In this document: in pieces, positions 9,684-19,897 of the stretch
How positions within the stretch are numbered: position 1 is the stretch's first letter
How the letters are laid out: each line of letters opens with the position of its first letter
Origin: an uncultured Clostridia bacterium
GTDB taxonomy: Bacteria > Bacillota > Clostridia > Oscillospirales > QAKW01
Direction: 5' to 3'
DNA: 64,000 bases
Assembly: GCA_944385895.1 (NCBI GenBank)
Contig: CALWYZ010000003.1
Location: 82,164 to 146,163 of the forward strand
Position numbers and translations under genes: made by a program
Notes under the pieces: generated by a model
Databases searched by the model: none
What the model was told of the DNA's origin: nothing
What the model saw: the letters and a program-made list of their open reading frames with translations, nothing else

Positions 9684-12308
9684 ATGAAATACATAGGACT
9701 TAATGAATTAAGAGAAATGTTTTTGTCTTTTTTTGAGGGAAAAGCACATCTTCGTCTTGACAGCTTTCCGCTTTTGCCTATTGATGATGACAGTCTTTTG
9801 CTGATAAATTCGGGCATGGCGCCAATGAAAAAATACTTTTTAGGAAAAGAAACTCCTCCCTCAAAAAGAGTGACGACATGTCAAAAATGCATAAGAACTC
9901 CTGATATTGAAAATGTCGGCAAGACCTCAAGACACGGCACTTTTTTTGAGATGCTTGGTAATTTTTCATTTGGTGATTATTTTAAACATGAAGCGACTGC
10001 CTGGGCATGGGAGTTTATAACAAAGGTATTGGAAATCCCGGTTGACAAGCTGTATGTATCTGTATTTCAAGACGATGATGAGGCAGTGGAAATATGGACT
10101 AAGGAGGTTGGAGTTCCTTCGGACAGAATAGTGCGTCTTGGCAGAGAAGATAATTTTTGGGAGATAGGCAGCGGGCCTTGCGGCCCCTGCAGCGAGATAT
10201 ATTTTGATCGTGGGGAAAAATACGGATGCACAAATCCAAATTGCGCTCCCGGTTGTGACTGTGACAGATATGTTGAATTCTGGAATCTTGTTTTTTCTCA
10301 ATATGACAGTGACGGTGAGGGTCATTATACCCCCATGGAGCATCCGAATATTGATACAGGCATGGGACTTGAAAGACTTGCCTGCATTATGCAGGGAGTC
10401 GACAACCTGTTTGAGGTAGATACTGTTCAAAATATTTTAAAACATGCTTCAAAGATAGCCGGCGTTGAATATAAAAAAGATGAAAAAACCGATATATCTA
10501 TACGCGTTATTACTGACCATATTCGCAGTGTTACATTTATGCTTTGTGATGGTATCAAACCATCAAACGAGGGTCGCGGATACGTTTTAAAGCGTTTATT
10601 GAGGCGTGCGGCGCGACACGGCAGACTTTTAGGTATAAATAAACCGTTTTTATACGAGCTTTGCAGTACGGTAATAAAGGAAAATGAAAAAGCATATCCA
10701 GAGCTTGTGTCAAAACAGGATTATATTGTTAAAAGCATTAAAAATGAGGAAGAGGTCTTTCTTAATACTATTGATAAGGGCATGGAAATGCTTGAGTCGT
10801 TTATGAACAAAAACACAGGCTCTGTTATCCCAGGAGATGTGGCTTTTAAACTTTATGATACATATGGTTTCCCGGTCGATCTGACTGCTGATATAGCGTC
10901 TGAAAATAATATGACTGTTGACGAAGAAGGCTTCAACAAGCTTATGCTTGAACAAAGAAAAAGGGCACGAAAGGCGCGTGAAGATAATAATATAATCGGT
11001 TGGAAGGACGACGCACTTGATTACCTTAAAGAGAAAAATTCTATGTTTGTCGGATACACTGATTATGAGTGTGATTCTGTTGTTGTTGCAATGCTTAAAA
11101 AAGGCAAAATAGTTGATAGTGCTTGCAGCGGAGACGATGTTGTTATTGTCCTTGATAAAACACCGTTTTATGCTGAAAGCGGCGGACAGGTCGCTGATAC
11201 GGGTACCCTTTCATTTGAAAATGCAGATGTAACAGTCAGTGACTGTAAAAAAGATGCTCTTAAACATTTTCTTCATATATCGCATATTGAAAACGGTTGT
11301 GTAAAAACTGGAGATAAATGCCATGCTGTAATAGACACAGACAGACGTAATGCCATAAAGCGTAATCACACTTGTGCTCATTTGCTTCAGGCTGCACTTA
11401 GATATGTGCTGGGTGATCATGTTCATCAAGCCGGTTCATATGTAGATGATGAGCGCGTGCGTTTTGACTTTACACACTTCAGCGCACTGACAGATAAAGA
11501 AATTGAAGAAATAGAAAATATAGTTAATAGTAAAATACTCCAAGACATAGCTGTTGAAAATTATGAGACTGATTATGAAAATACCAAAGGTGCTATGGCA
11601 CTTTTCGGTGAGAAATACGGAGCGCGTGTCAGAGTATGCAAGGTGGGAGACTTCTCTTACGAATTGTGCGGCGGTACACACATTGAGAGTACCGGTAAGA
11701 TAGGACTGTTTAAAATAATTTCTGAGGGTTCGGTATCTTCCGGTGTAAGAAGAATTGAAGCGGTCACAGGTTACGGGATTTTAAATCTTATAAGCCAATA
11801 CACACAGCTGCTGGGCTCTGCTGCTGCAGCATTGAAAGTAAACGGCTATACAGATGTACCTGCTAAATGCGATGCTCTAAATGCTGAACTTAAGGCTGTG
11901 CGCAGTGAGCTTGCCAAAGCCAATGAAAAAGCGGCTCTTGAAAAAAGCACGGCACTTTTTGACAATGCGTGTGTTGTTTCGGATATAAAAATTGCGACCG
12001 AAAAATTACCTGATACCGACTCTAAAACCGCAAGAACGATTTGTGACGATTTAAAATCTAAATTCAATGATTTTATTGCTGTCATTGCTGCTTTGAATGA
12101 ATCTAAAGCAACTTTGCATGTAGTCTGCTCAAAAAGTGCTGTTGACAAAGGCGCTCACGCAGGAAAAATCATTTCTGAGATAGCCGCACTTACCGGAGGA
12201 AAAGGCGGCGGTAAACCGGAAAACGCCACTGCGGGAATCGGGGATACGAATAAGATTGATGCGGCGCTTGCGGCAGCGCCGAAAATTATAGAAAAATATT
12301 TAAAGTAG
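9684..12308 (+). CDS. alaS: alanine--tRNA ligase
   Basis: 874 aa from ATG 9684 (SD GGAGGA). MKYIGLNELREMFLSFFEGKAH... matches the AlaRS N-terminus, and the editing-domain HxxxH motif HTCAH and CGGTH are present. The ORF-track start at 9612 lies inside the T-box terminator. Confidence 0.95.
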   Translation: MKYIGLNELREMFLSFFEGKAHLRLDSFPLLPIDDDSLLLINSGMAPMKKYFLGKETPPSKRVTTCQKCIRTPDIENVGKTSRHGTFFEMLGNFSFGDYFKHEATAWAWEFITKVLEIPVDKLYVSVFQDDDEAVEIWTKEVGVPSDRIVRLGREDNFWEIGSGPCGPCSEIYFDRGEKYGCTNPNCAPGCDCDRYVEFWNLVFSQYDSDGEGHYTPMEHPNIDTGMGLERLACIMQGVDNLFEVDTVQNILKHASKIAGVEYKKDEKTDISIRVITDHIRSVTFMLCDGIKPSNEGRGYVLKRLLRRAARHGRLLGINKPFLYELCSTVIKENEKAYPELVSKQDYIVKSIKNEEEVFLNTIDKGMEMLESFMNKNTGSVIPGDVAFKLYDTYGFPVDLTADIASENNMTVDEEGFNKLMLEQRKRARKAREDNNIIGWKDDALDYLKEKNSMFVGYTDYECDSVVVAMLKKGKIVDSACSGDDVVIVLDKTPFYAESGGQVADTGTLSFENADVTVSDCKKDALKHFLHISHIENGCVKTGDKCHAVIDTDRRNAIKRNHTCAHLLQAALRYVLGDHVHQAGSYVDDERVRFDFTHFSALTDKEIEEIENIVNSKILQDIAVENYETDYENTKGAMALFGEKYGARVRVCKVGDFSYELCGGTHIESTGKIGLFKIISEGSVSSGVRRIEAVTGYGILNLISQYTQLLGSAAAALKVNGYTDVPAKCDALNAELKAVRSELAKANEKAALEKSTALFDNACVVSDIKIATEKLPDTDSKTARTICDDLKSKFNDFIAVIAALNESKATLHVVCSKSAVDKGAHAGKIISEIAALTGGKGGGKPENATAGIGDTNKIDAALAAAPKIIEKYLK

Positions 12309-12316
12309 GTGATAAT

Positions 12317-12658
12317 ATGAATGATTGTTTATTTTGTAAAATTATAAACGGTGAAATTCCTTCGTCTAAGGTATATGAAGATGAATTTGTTTATGCATTC
12401 AACGATATTAATCCTATGGCTCCTGTTCATATACTGGTAGTACCGAAAACTCATATAACAAATGTTCTGGATATAACGTCTGAAAACAGTAATATAATAG
12501 CGCATATTTTTGAAGCTATTTCCAAGATTGCAAAACAGCAAAAATTAGAAAAAGGTTTTCGTGTAGTTTCAAACTGTAATGAATATGCCGGTCAAAGTGT
12601 TTTTCATCTGCATTTTCATATCCTGGGCGGTAAACAGCTTTCACTGCAAATGGCATAA
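12317..12658 (+). CDS. HIT family (histidine triad) protein
   Basis: 113 aa with histidine triad HLHFHILGG. Confidence 0.9.
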   Translation: MNDCLFCKIINGEIPSSKVYEDEFVYAFNDINPMAPVHILVVPKTHITNVLDITSENSNIIAHIFEAISKIAKQQKLEKGFRVVSNCNEYAGQSVFHLHFHILGGKQLSLQMA

Positions 12659-12691
12659 AATCAAGGCTCGGAAAATTTCCGAGCCTTGATT
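12659..12691. terminator. bidirectional intrinsic terminator
   Basis: AATCAAGGCTCGG / CCGAGCCTTGATT perfect 13-bp stem between convergent genes. Confidence 0.8.
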
Positions 12692-13575
12692 TATATTTTA
12701 GCAACGCTGTCGCTCCATTTACGTATATCATTTTCATCCACTTTCAAATCACCCAGGCCTGTCGCCATTTTTATTTCCGGTCTGTTAGAGCCATGGTAGT
12801 CACTGCCGCCGCTAATCAAAAGCTTGTTTTTATGACAAAAGCTCTTCAAGACTTTTGTCTGTTCTTTTGTGAATTTTGAATAGTAGCACTCAAAACCATC
12901 CGGTTTATATGTTTTCAGTATATCATCCAGTCTGTTATACACCTTTTGAGAGTACATGAATACATGCGCTACAAACGAAAGACCGCCGGCCTTTTTTATT
13001 ATGTCAATCACATTTTCGGGTTTTGGATACAGGTCTGTCAAATCGATAAAAAGAGGGCTTTCGGGGTTGTTGCATTCAAGCCTCATATACTTTCCGTAAT
13101 CATAAAAATTTTCGGTGTCTGTAAAGAATTTTTTATTGGATTCATACTGTATCAATGAGGCGTAAATGGTATGCCTGACAAGCATTGTCTCTGGATCAAA
13201 TTTGTTGACATCTATATCTACTTTGCATCCGATTTTTGCATATTTGTCAAGGGTTTTTTTAAGAATAATAGTCTGCAGTTTTGAATTACCTATATAATTT
13301 TTTTCGGTAAATTCACGGATAATATCAATATCGATACCGTATCCGAGAATTTCTGCAATTTCACCGTACATTACTGTAGTGAGTTCAACTCCGGGTATGA
13401 TCAATCCGGTAAATTTGCGTCTGACTGATTTATCTTTAATACTGCTATATGCGCCTACTCTGTTATGATCTGTAATAGATAACAGCTGTAAATTTTTGGA
13501 TTCTGCCTGTTCCAGTATCATGGCGGCGGTGTCAGTTCCGTCTGAAAAGATTGAATGTGTGTGTAAATCTATCAT
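12691..13575 (-). CDS. PHP domain metal-dependent phosphoesterase
   Basis: 294 aa. N-terminal MIDLHTHSIFSDG, internal ITDHN, C-terminal GGSDYHG. Confidence 0.8.
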   Translation of the reverse strand: MIDLHTHSIFSDGTDTAAMILEQAESKNLQLLSITDHNRVGAYSSIKDKSVRRKFTGLIIPGVELTTVMYGEIAEILGYGIDIDIIREFTEKNYIGNSKLQTIILKKTLDKYAKIGCKVDIDVNKFDPETMLVRHTIYASLIQYESNKKFFTDTENFYDYGKYMRLECNNPESPLFIDLTDLYPKPENVIDIIKKAGGLSFVAHVFMYSQKVYNRLDDILKTYKPDGFECYYSKFTKEQTKVLKSFCHKNKLLISGGSDYHGSNRPEIKMATGLGDLKVDENDIRKWSDSVAKI

Positions 13576-13638
13576 TTTTTCCCTCCGTAATCAATAACAT
13601 AATTATAGACCCAATGCGTTATGATTTCAAGCTTGTGA

Positions 13639-13675
13639 TTGACATAATTTTTAATTATGAGTATAATAATTAAAA
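13639..13675 (+). promoter_or_regulatory. consensus sigma-A promoter overlapped by a 10-bp inverted repeat (candidate operator)
   Basis: TTGACA (13639-13644), 17-nt spacer, TATAAT (13662-13667). The repeat is TTTTAATTAT (13649-13658) and ATAATTAAAA (13666-13675). Confidence 0.6.
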
Positions 13676-13698
13676 GATGATTGTCGGAGGAAAATTAA

Positions 13699-14094
13699 TT
13701 GAAAGAATATTCAACGCGACAAAGAAAGTTGTTAACAGATTTTTTTAAAAGTCACTGCGATGAACAGCTCACTGTAAAAGAAATTGCGCAGTTCAATGAG
13801 ATTTCAGATAACATCAGCAAAAGCGCCCTTTACAGAAATATGAAAAAAATGCTCTCTGACGGTGTTATTCAGAAGTATGCCAAAGACGGGGGAAGAGAGT
13901 TTGTCTATCAATATATCGACAAAGATAAATGTGCATGGCACCTGCATTTAAAGTGTACCGGCTGCGGAAAAATCATTCATTTAGATGACGATGCAACTGA
14001 ATATGTAAAGCTGCTTATAAAAGATAAAAACAATTTCAGCATAAACGAGCATAAAACTATACTTTACGGCTTATGTAATACTTGCAGTCAATAA
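13699..14094 (+). CDS. Fur family transcriptional regulator
   Basis: 131 aa with TTG start after SD GGAGG. Winged-helix N-terminus, and CxxC pairs CTGCG and CNTC at Fur-like spacing. Confidence 0.75.
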   Translation: MKEYSTRQRKLLTDFFKSHCDEQLTVKEIAQFNEISDNISKSALYRNMKKMLSDGVIQKYAKDGGREFVYQYIDKDKCAWHLHLKCTGCGKIIHLDDDATEYVKLLIKDKNNFSINEHKTILYGLCNTCSQ

Positions 14095-14134
14095 ATGTAT
14101 TGACTTTTAAAAAATAGTGTGCTATTATAAATAA

Positions 14135-14400
14135 AAATTAAAACCTGTGATTAAGAGTAGTAACTGTTATTTATGCCTAAAGAGAGCTACAGACGGTGTG
14201 ATTGCGGCGGCGGATATTTCAGCGAATGGACTTATGAGGGCGGTCGAAAGCTTAGGTGAGTAGTAACCGACGTTTTGTGCACGTTAACACACAGCTCATA
14301 TAAATGTATGAGACAGAGCGGATGTTTTTACATCAAATTGGGTGGTACCGCAGGATTAACAGTCTTGTCCCTTTGCAGTGGGACAGGACTTTTTTATTTT
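14135..14400 (+). promoter_or_regulatory. T-box leader with Trp (UGG) specifier and terminator
   Basis: AGUA, AGAGAG and GGUGUGA elements. Specifier context GAA-UGG-A (UGG at 14227-14229). T-box AAATTGGGTGGTACCGCAGG (14336-14355). Terminator AGTCTTGTCCC / GGGACAGGACT followed by TTTTTTATTTT. Confidence 0.85.
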
Positions 14401-14492
14401 AAGGAGAATAATCATGTTTGTTTTAGTACAGCGATGGTAAATATTTATAATCTTACCTAAAACTTAAAATTTATATTAATGGAGAAATTACA

Positions 14493-15449
14493 ATGAAAAA
14501 TATTAAATTATTGATCGCTACAATTATTTGTGTAATGTTATTTTCACTATTCGGATGCTCTGAATCCGGAAAAGAGACTATAGGTATAATACAGTTTGGT
14601 TCACATGGATCACTTAATAATTGCTATGATGGCATTATAGCTGGTCTTACGGAAAGTGGTATTAATCTTGATGATTACAATGTTGAATATGTCAACAGTA
14701 ATTTTGATGCAAGCGTTTCTCAAACGCAGGCAAATAATCTTGTAAATAAAAATGCGTCTGTAATAATAGCTATCGCAACCCCGTCAGCCGTTGCTGCTGC
14801 AAATGCAGCAGCGGATTCACAGATACCTGTTGTATACTGTGCTGTTACTGACTCAACCGTAATGGATAATTACGATAATGTTACAGGCTCATCGGACATT
14901 CCTGATTTTTCAAAACAGCTTGAAGTTGTGACAGCATTCATGGGCAGACAGGATATAAAAATAGGCGTATTATATTCAACCGAGGAATCAAGCTCACCCG
15001 TACAGGTAGAAAGCCTCAAACAAGCCGCCGCAGCTTATCAGGGTATGGAAATACTTGACAGTGCAGTCGCTGATATTACAACAATAGACGCTAAAACAAA
15101 CGAGCTTATTGACAGAGGTGCAGACTGTTTTGTAAATCTGCTTGACAATACAGTTGTAGGCAAGCTGGAGACAAATATTCTACCAATAACCAATGAAAAG
15201 AAAATACCTGTTTTCGGTTCGGAAATTGAACAGGTCAAAGTCGGCTGTGCCGCAAGCGCATCTATAGAATATATCAATGTAGGAAAATCCGCAGGAAAAT
15301 CTGCAGCCGAAATACTTGAAGGAAAAAAGGCATCTGAAATACCTGTTTCACGCATAACAGAGCCGAATAATTATTATAATTCAGAGGTTTGCTCAATGTT
15401 GAATCTCACTATCCCTGCAGATATTTCTATGACTGATGTTGCCGAATAA
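14493..15449 (+). CDS. ABC transporter substrate-binding lipoprotein (ABC_sub_bind / BMP-like family)
   Basis: 318 aa with signal peptide and lipobox LFGC (Cys22). First gene after the Trp T-box. Confidence 0.8.
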   Translation: MKNIKLLIATIICVMLFSLFGCSESGKETIGIIQFGSHGSLNNCYDGIIAGLTESGINLDDYNVEYVNSNFDASVSQTQANNLVNKNASVIIAIATPSAVAAANAAADSQIPVVYCAVTDSTVMDNYDNVTGSSDIPDFSKQLEVVTAFMGRQDIKIGVLYSTEESSSPVQVESLKQAAAAYQGMEILDSAVADITTIDAKTNELIDRGADCFVNLLDNTVVGKLETNILPITNEKKIPVFGSEIEQVKVGCAASASIEYINVGKSAGKSAAEILEGKKASEIPVSRITEPNNYYNSEVCSMLNLTIPADISMTDVAE

Positions 15450-15467
15450 TTAAGAGGAAAGTGTATT

Positions 15468-16421
15468 ATGCTGTTTTTTTCAACGACAATTGACGGCCTG
15501 CAAATGGGACTGTGTTTTGCAGTTTTAGCATTGGGAGTATATATCTCATATTCCATTCTGGATTTTCCTGATCTTTCAGTAGACGGAACATTTCCGCTTG
15601 GAGGAGTATTTTGCACAATACTCATGCTGCATTTATCTATTCCTGCATTGCCTGCGATAATTTTAAGCTTTTTGTCCGGATTTGCAGCAGGAGCTTTGAC
15701 CGGGATGCTTCATGTAAAATTCAATATATCAAAGCTGCTCTCAGGAATAATTGTAATGACAGCGCTGCTGTCTGTAACGCTTGCATTGACCAAACTGCTT
15801 ACTAAAAACGGTCAGACTACATCAATTTTTTCTTTTCGAAGCGAATCTATTGAAGGTCTGTTCGGATCCGAATTTTTCACTGCATTTGGGACTGCATCAA
15901 AGGATTATATAGTAATTGCTGTATTAGTTGTCATCGTTATTGCGGTTAAGATAATTATTGATATTTTTCTGAAGACGAAATTGGGATATATGCTGAAAGC
16001 TACAGGCAGTAATGAAAAGCTTGTTATATCATTAGGCAAAAATTCCGGCAACTACAAAATACTCGGTCTTGCACTTGCCAACGGGTTTGTTTCTGTGTCA
16101 GGCGCATTGTATGCAAATATGTATATGCAGTATGACAACACATGCGGCAGCGGCAAAGTTGTAATGGCTTTGGCATCTGTTATAATAGGCGTTACGGTTT
16201 TTTCAGGTATTCGTTTTATTAAGGATACTACTGCTGTTATTATAGGCGCCGTTATTTACTCTTTATGTTTGAACTATCTTGTTCTGGTTGATACAGGCGG
16301 AATATATCTTAAACTGTTGAATGCCGTCTTGTTTGCAGTAATACTGATATTTAATGACAGAATAAGCAGTATTGTTGCAAGTAAAAACAGGCTTGCCTCG
16401 AGGAGTGCAAAAAATGATTGA
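15468..16421 (+). CDS. ABC transporter permease
   Basis: 317 aa polytopic membrane protein, located between the binding protein and the ATPase. Confidence 0.8.
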   Translation: MLFFSTTIDGLQMGLCFAVLALGVYISYSILDFPDLSVDGTFPLGGVFCTILMLHLSIPALPAIILSFLSGFAAGALTGMLHVKFNISKLLSGIIVMTALLSVTLALTKLLTKNGQTTSIFSFRSESIEGLFGSEFFTAFGTASKDYIVIAVLVVIVIAVKIIIDIFLKTKLGYMLKATGSNEKLVISLGKNSGNYKILGLALANGFVSVSGALYANMYMQYDNTCGSGKVVMALASVIIGVTVFSGIRFIKDTTAVIIGAVIYSLCLNYLVLVDTGGIYLKLLNAVLFAVILIFNDRISSIVASKNRLASRSAKND

Positions 16422-17187
16422 GCTTAAAAACATAGTGAAAATATTCAATGCTGCCACAGTAAATGAGACTCAGCTTTTTAAAAACTTTTCTTTATCTGTT
16501 AAAAAAGGTGAGTTTTTATCAGTTGTCGGCTCTAACGGCTCAGGAAAAACAACTCTTTTGAATATAATCAGTGGTTCTCTTCCGATAAACGGCGGAGAGG
16601 TACTGCTCGAAGGGGAAAATATTACAAAATTGCCTGAGTATGTACGAGCCAGGAGAATAGGACGCGTATTTCAAGATCCGTCTGTCGGGACTGTTCCTAA
16701 TATGACTATAACCGAAAACCTGTCATTGGCATTAAATAAAGGCAAACCGTATATGCTCAAATTTGCAATAAACAGAAGAAAAAAATATCAATTAAAAGAA
16801 CTTGTGTTGCAGCTTGGATTAGGACTTGAGGATAAAATGGATGTACCTGTCGGACTTTTATCAGGCGGACAGCGCCAAGCGTTATCACTTATAATGAGTA
16901 CATTAACGCCCGTTGATCTTCTGCTTCTGGACGAACATACCGCGGCGCTTGATCCGAGAACTGCTGAAACTATAATGAAACTAACCGATGAAATCGTCAG
17001 AAAAAAAGGACTTACGGTTATAATGGTTACACATAACTTAAGATATGCCGTTGAATATGGAAGCCGGCTTATAATGATGGATAAAGGGAATATTGTTATT
17101 GATAAGTCAGGCGAGGATAAAACAAACACTTCAGTAGAAGATGTGTTACGTGTATTCAATGAAATAAGCATCGAATGCGGCAATTAA
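16414..17187 (+). CDS. ABC transporter ATP-binding protein
   Basis: From MIELKNIVKIF. Walker A GSNGSGKTT, signature LSGGQRQ, Walker B LLLDEHT. Overlaps the permease stop by 8 nt. Confidence 0.9.
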   Translation: MIELKNIVKIFNAATVNETQLFKNFSLSVKKGEFLSVVGSNGSGKTTLLNIISGSLPINGGEVLLEGENITKLPEYVRARRIGRVFQDPSVGTVPNMTITENLSLALNKGKPYMLKFAINRRKKYQLKELVLQLGLGLEDKMDVPVGLLSGGQRQALSLIMSTLTPVDLLLLDEHTAALDPRTAETIMKLTDEIVRKKGLTVIMVTHNLRYAVEYGSRLIMMDKGNIVIDKSGEDKTNTSVEDVLRVFNEISIECGN

Positions 17188-17202
17188 TAAACACGCCCCT
17201 CA

Positions 17203-19500
17203 TTATGGGGCGTGTTTTGCTTTTTTTGTTTTTGACGCATAATATATTATTATCAGCATAACAGGCAGTGTTAGAAATAAAAGCTTATATACGGCAAATG
17301 CAATCAGATATGCAAAACAGCATTGATAGCATACAATAAGAGTGCCATATCTGAAACTGTTGATTTCACGGTAAATTGTCGCCACAGCCGCAATACATGG
17401 TACACAAAGCACATTGAAAACCATAAATGAAAAAGCGGAATTTGCATTTAAGATTTCCTGTATTACAGCACTTAATTCATGACCTTTAAAAAGAATACTG
17501 AGCGTGCTCACCGTGTTTTCTTTAGCAATTATCCCGGAAATAGCGGACACTGTAAATCTCCAGTCGCCCCAACCAAGAGGCTTAAAAACAGGTGCAATAT
17601 GCTTTCCGATTTGTGCCAGTATGCTGTTATCAATTTCACATTTTACCAGTACATTATTTGAAATACCGTAATTTGAAAGCAGCCATATCAGTATTGACGC
17701 CAGAACAATAACTGTACCGGCTCTTGTAAGAAAAGATATCACTTTCTGCCTAACATCTCTAAGTACTGCTGATAATTTAGGAAGATGATAGGAAGGCATT
17801 TCCATTATAAAAGGAGATGTTGATGCGGATAGATATTTGAAATTTTTAAATATTAGAGCGGTCAAAATTATTGAAAGTATGCTAATAATGTATATGCTCA
17901 CCGCAGCCAGCATTCTGTGCTTAAAAAATGTGGAACATATTAGTGATATAAGCGGAAGTTTAGCACTGCAAGGCATAAATGTAGTTGTTGCGATGGTTAT
18001 TAGTTTGTTCCGTCCGCTTTCGATAGTGCGTGAAGCCATGACACCCGGCACACCACAGCCGGTGCCGACTATAATAGGAATAAAGGATTTTCCTGTAAGA
18101 CCGAAACGGCTGAATAATCTGTCGGTTATAAATGCTATTCTTGTAATATAACCACAGGATTCCAATACAGACAGACATAAAAAAAGTATAAATATTTGAG
18201 GTAAAAATCCAACAACTGCACCGGCTCCCGAAATTATACCATAAGTTATAAGATCATTTATTTCATCAGAGCAATTAGTTTTAGAAAGTAAATTCTGTAC
18301 AGAAGATTTCAGCCCGGGTATCCAGATACCGTATCTGCTTTTGTCAGGCAGAGTCGATTTGAGAGCGTTTTCATAATCTTGCCTTGTAGCAGCTATTTTT
18401 TTAGTGATTTTTCCATTCTGGTCGTAAATATAGATATTTGCAAACTTAAGACTGCCGTTGTCATTTTTGCTGAAATATTCAATTATTTTAGTATTTTCGG
18501 TGTATGAATTTAGATCTCTTTCATATTCGTGAGCGCCGATGTTGAAAAGAAACCAACCCTGTCCGAAAAGACCATTTGTTATAAATTCCGAAGCATTTTG
18601 ACTGAAACTGCCAAGAGCTAATGAATAAATCAAAAACAAAACACAGATAAAAATAGGGAACGCCAAATATTTATTTGTAACTATATTATCAATTTTATCC
18701 GTCAATGTATTTTGGCGATTTTTATTAGATACGACGCATTTATTGTAAATAAATTCAACCATTTTATAACGTTGAGTTGCTATTATATTTTCACTGCTGT
18801 TTTGAAAGGCTTTTTCTGCTGTGTTGATAATACTATCTATTTTTTTTAATGCATCCGCTTTGATCCCAAGTTTGTTTGCGGCGGAAAAATCTCGTTCAAA
18901 TAGCTTTATAGAATACCATCTTGCAAGATTTGCTGAGTTTGCTGCAGTATATTTGTATATTTCATTCAGAGCTTTTTCAGTGGTTGTATCAAATTTTAAA
19001 TTTACAGCAGAGTTATTTATTGTAAGGCGTATAGTATTTTTAAGCTTTTGTAAGCCTGTTTTATTTGCAGCCGAAATTTTTACAACACTGCAGCCTAGAA
19101 GATCCGACAAAATTTCTGTGTCTATTTTTTTACCCTGCTTTTCTAAAATATCCATCATATTAAGAACGATAACAGTGGGTATGCGAAAATCCAATATTTG
19201 CGTAGTCAGGTAAAGACTGCGCTCCAGGCTGCAAGCATCAACAATATTCAAAATTATATCAGGACATTCATTCTCTAAATATTGTTTAACGATTACTTCC
19301 TCTGAGGTATAAGGTGAAAGTGAATAAACTCCGGGCAGATCGCAAATAAAAACAGACCTGTCATCGACAAGTCTGCCTTCTTTCTTTTCTACGGTAACAC
19401 CCGGCCAGTTGCCGACAGTCTGGTTTGAACCTGTAAGAATATTAAATAATGTGGTTTTTCCACTGTTGGGATTACCTATGAGGGCTATTTTTAACGGCAT
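17203..19500 (-). CDS. feoB: ferrous iron transporter FeoB
   Basis: 765 aa. N-terminal G domain with GNPNSGKTTLFN, DLPG and NMMD, followed by a polytopic membrane domain. SD GGAGG. Confidence 0.9.
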   Translation of the reverse strand: MPLKIALIGNPNSGKTTLFNILTGSNQTVGNWPGVTVEKKEGRLVDDRSVFICDLPGVYSLSPYTSEEVIVKQYLENECPDIILNIVDACSLERSLYLTTQILDFRIPTVIVLNMMDILEKQGKKIDTEILSDLLGCSVVKISAANKTGLQKLKNTIRLTINNSAVNLKFDTTTEKALNEIYKYTAANSANLARWYSIKLFERDFSAANKLGIKADALKKIDSIINTAEKAFQNSSENIIATQRYKMVEFIYNKCVVSNKNRQNTLTDKIDNIVTNKYLAFPIFICVLFLIYSLALGSFSQNASEFITNGLFGQGWFLFNIGAHEYERDLNSYTENTKIIEYFSKNDNGSLKFANIYIYDQNGKITKKIAATRQDYENALKSTLPDKSRYGIWIPGLKSSVQNLLSKTNCSDEINDLITYGIISGAGAVVGFLPQIFILFLCLSVLESCGYITRIAFITDRLFSRFGLTGKSFIPIIVGTGCGVPGVMASRTIESGRNKLITIATTTFMPCSAKLPLISLICSTFFKHRMLAAVSIYIISILSIILTALIFKNFKYLSASTSPFIMEMPSYHLPKLSAVLRDVRQKVISFLTRAGTVIVLASILIWLLSNYGISNNVLVKCEIDNSILAQIGKHIAPVFKPLGWGDWRFTVSAISGIIAKENTVSTLSILFKGHELSAVIQEILNANSAFSFMVFNVLCVPCIAAVATIYREINSFRYGTLIVCYQCCFAYLIAFAVYKLLFLTLPVMLIIIYYASKTKKAKHAP

Positions 19501-19564
19501 TATTTCCTCCGTGGCATTATTTTTATAAAATCATATGCAACGGAAAGAGAAAATATAAGTTATT

Positions 19565-19897
19565 TCAAATAAAAACAAACTGTATAAGTAGCATATAGCA
19601 AACGGTACCTGTCAGGATACTTAAAAGTGTGTTCTTTTTCCATAAATAAAGACCCACTACTACCGCTATTGATATAAATTCAGGAATGCCATAAGGAGCG
19701 CTGATAACCGAAACGTCCTTAAGACAATAAATAATCAACATTCCCATAACCGAACATGGAAGTACTTTGCTTAAGAATATAATAGGCTTTGGTATCTTTC
19801 TGTCACCCGGAAATAAAATAAATGGAATAGCTCTTGTAAATATAGTGACCACAGATACAACAGCAATTACAAAAACATCATTTAGAATATTATTCAT
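19565..19897 (-). CDS. azlD: branched-chain amino acid transport protein AzlD
   Basis: 110 aa hydrophobic protein that overlaps the upstream AzlC-like gene by 8 nt. Confidence 0.75.
   Translation of the reverse strand: MNNILNDVFVIAVVSVVTIFTRAIPFILFPGDRKIPKPIIFLSKVLPCSVMGMLIIYCLKDVSVISAPYGIPEFISIAVVVGLYLWKKNTLLSILTGTVCYMLLIQFVFI

Noticed and set aside
9966-10430. Long antisense ORFs inside large genes (for example 9966..10430 in alaS, 21035..21493 in the CNNM gene, 46880..47335 in tgt, and 56156..56599 in hom)
   Set aside because: Each is fully embedded opposite a confidently identified gene. Their translations are low-complexity and have no recognisable motifs.
14275-14460. 61-aa ORF between the Fur-family gene and the ABC transporter
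   Set aside because: It lies entirely within the Trp T-box leader and terminator. It has no SD, and its translation is an artefact of the structured RNA.
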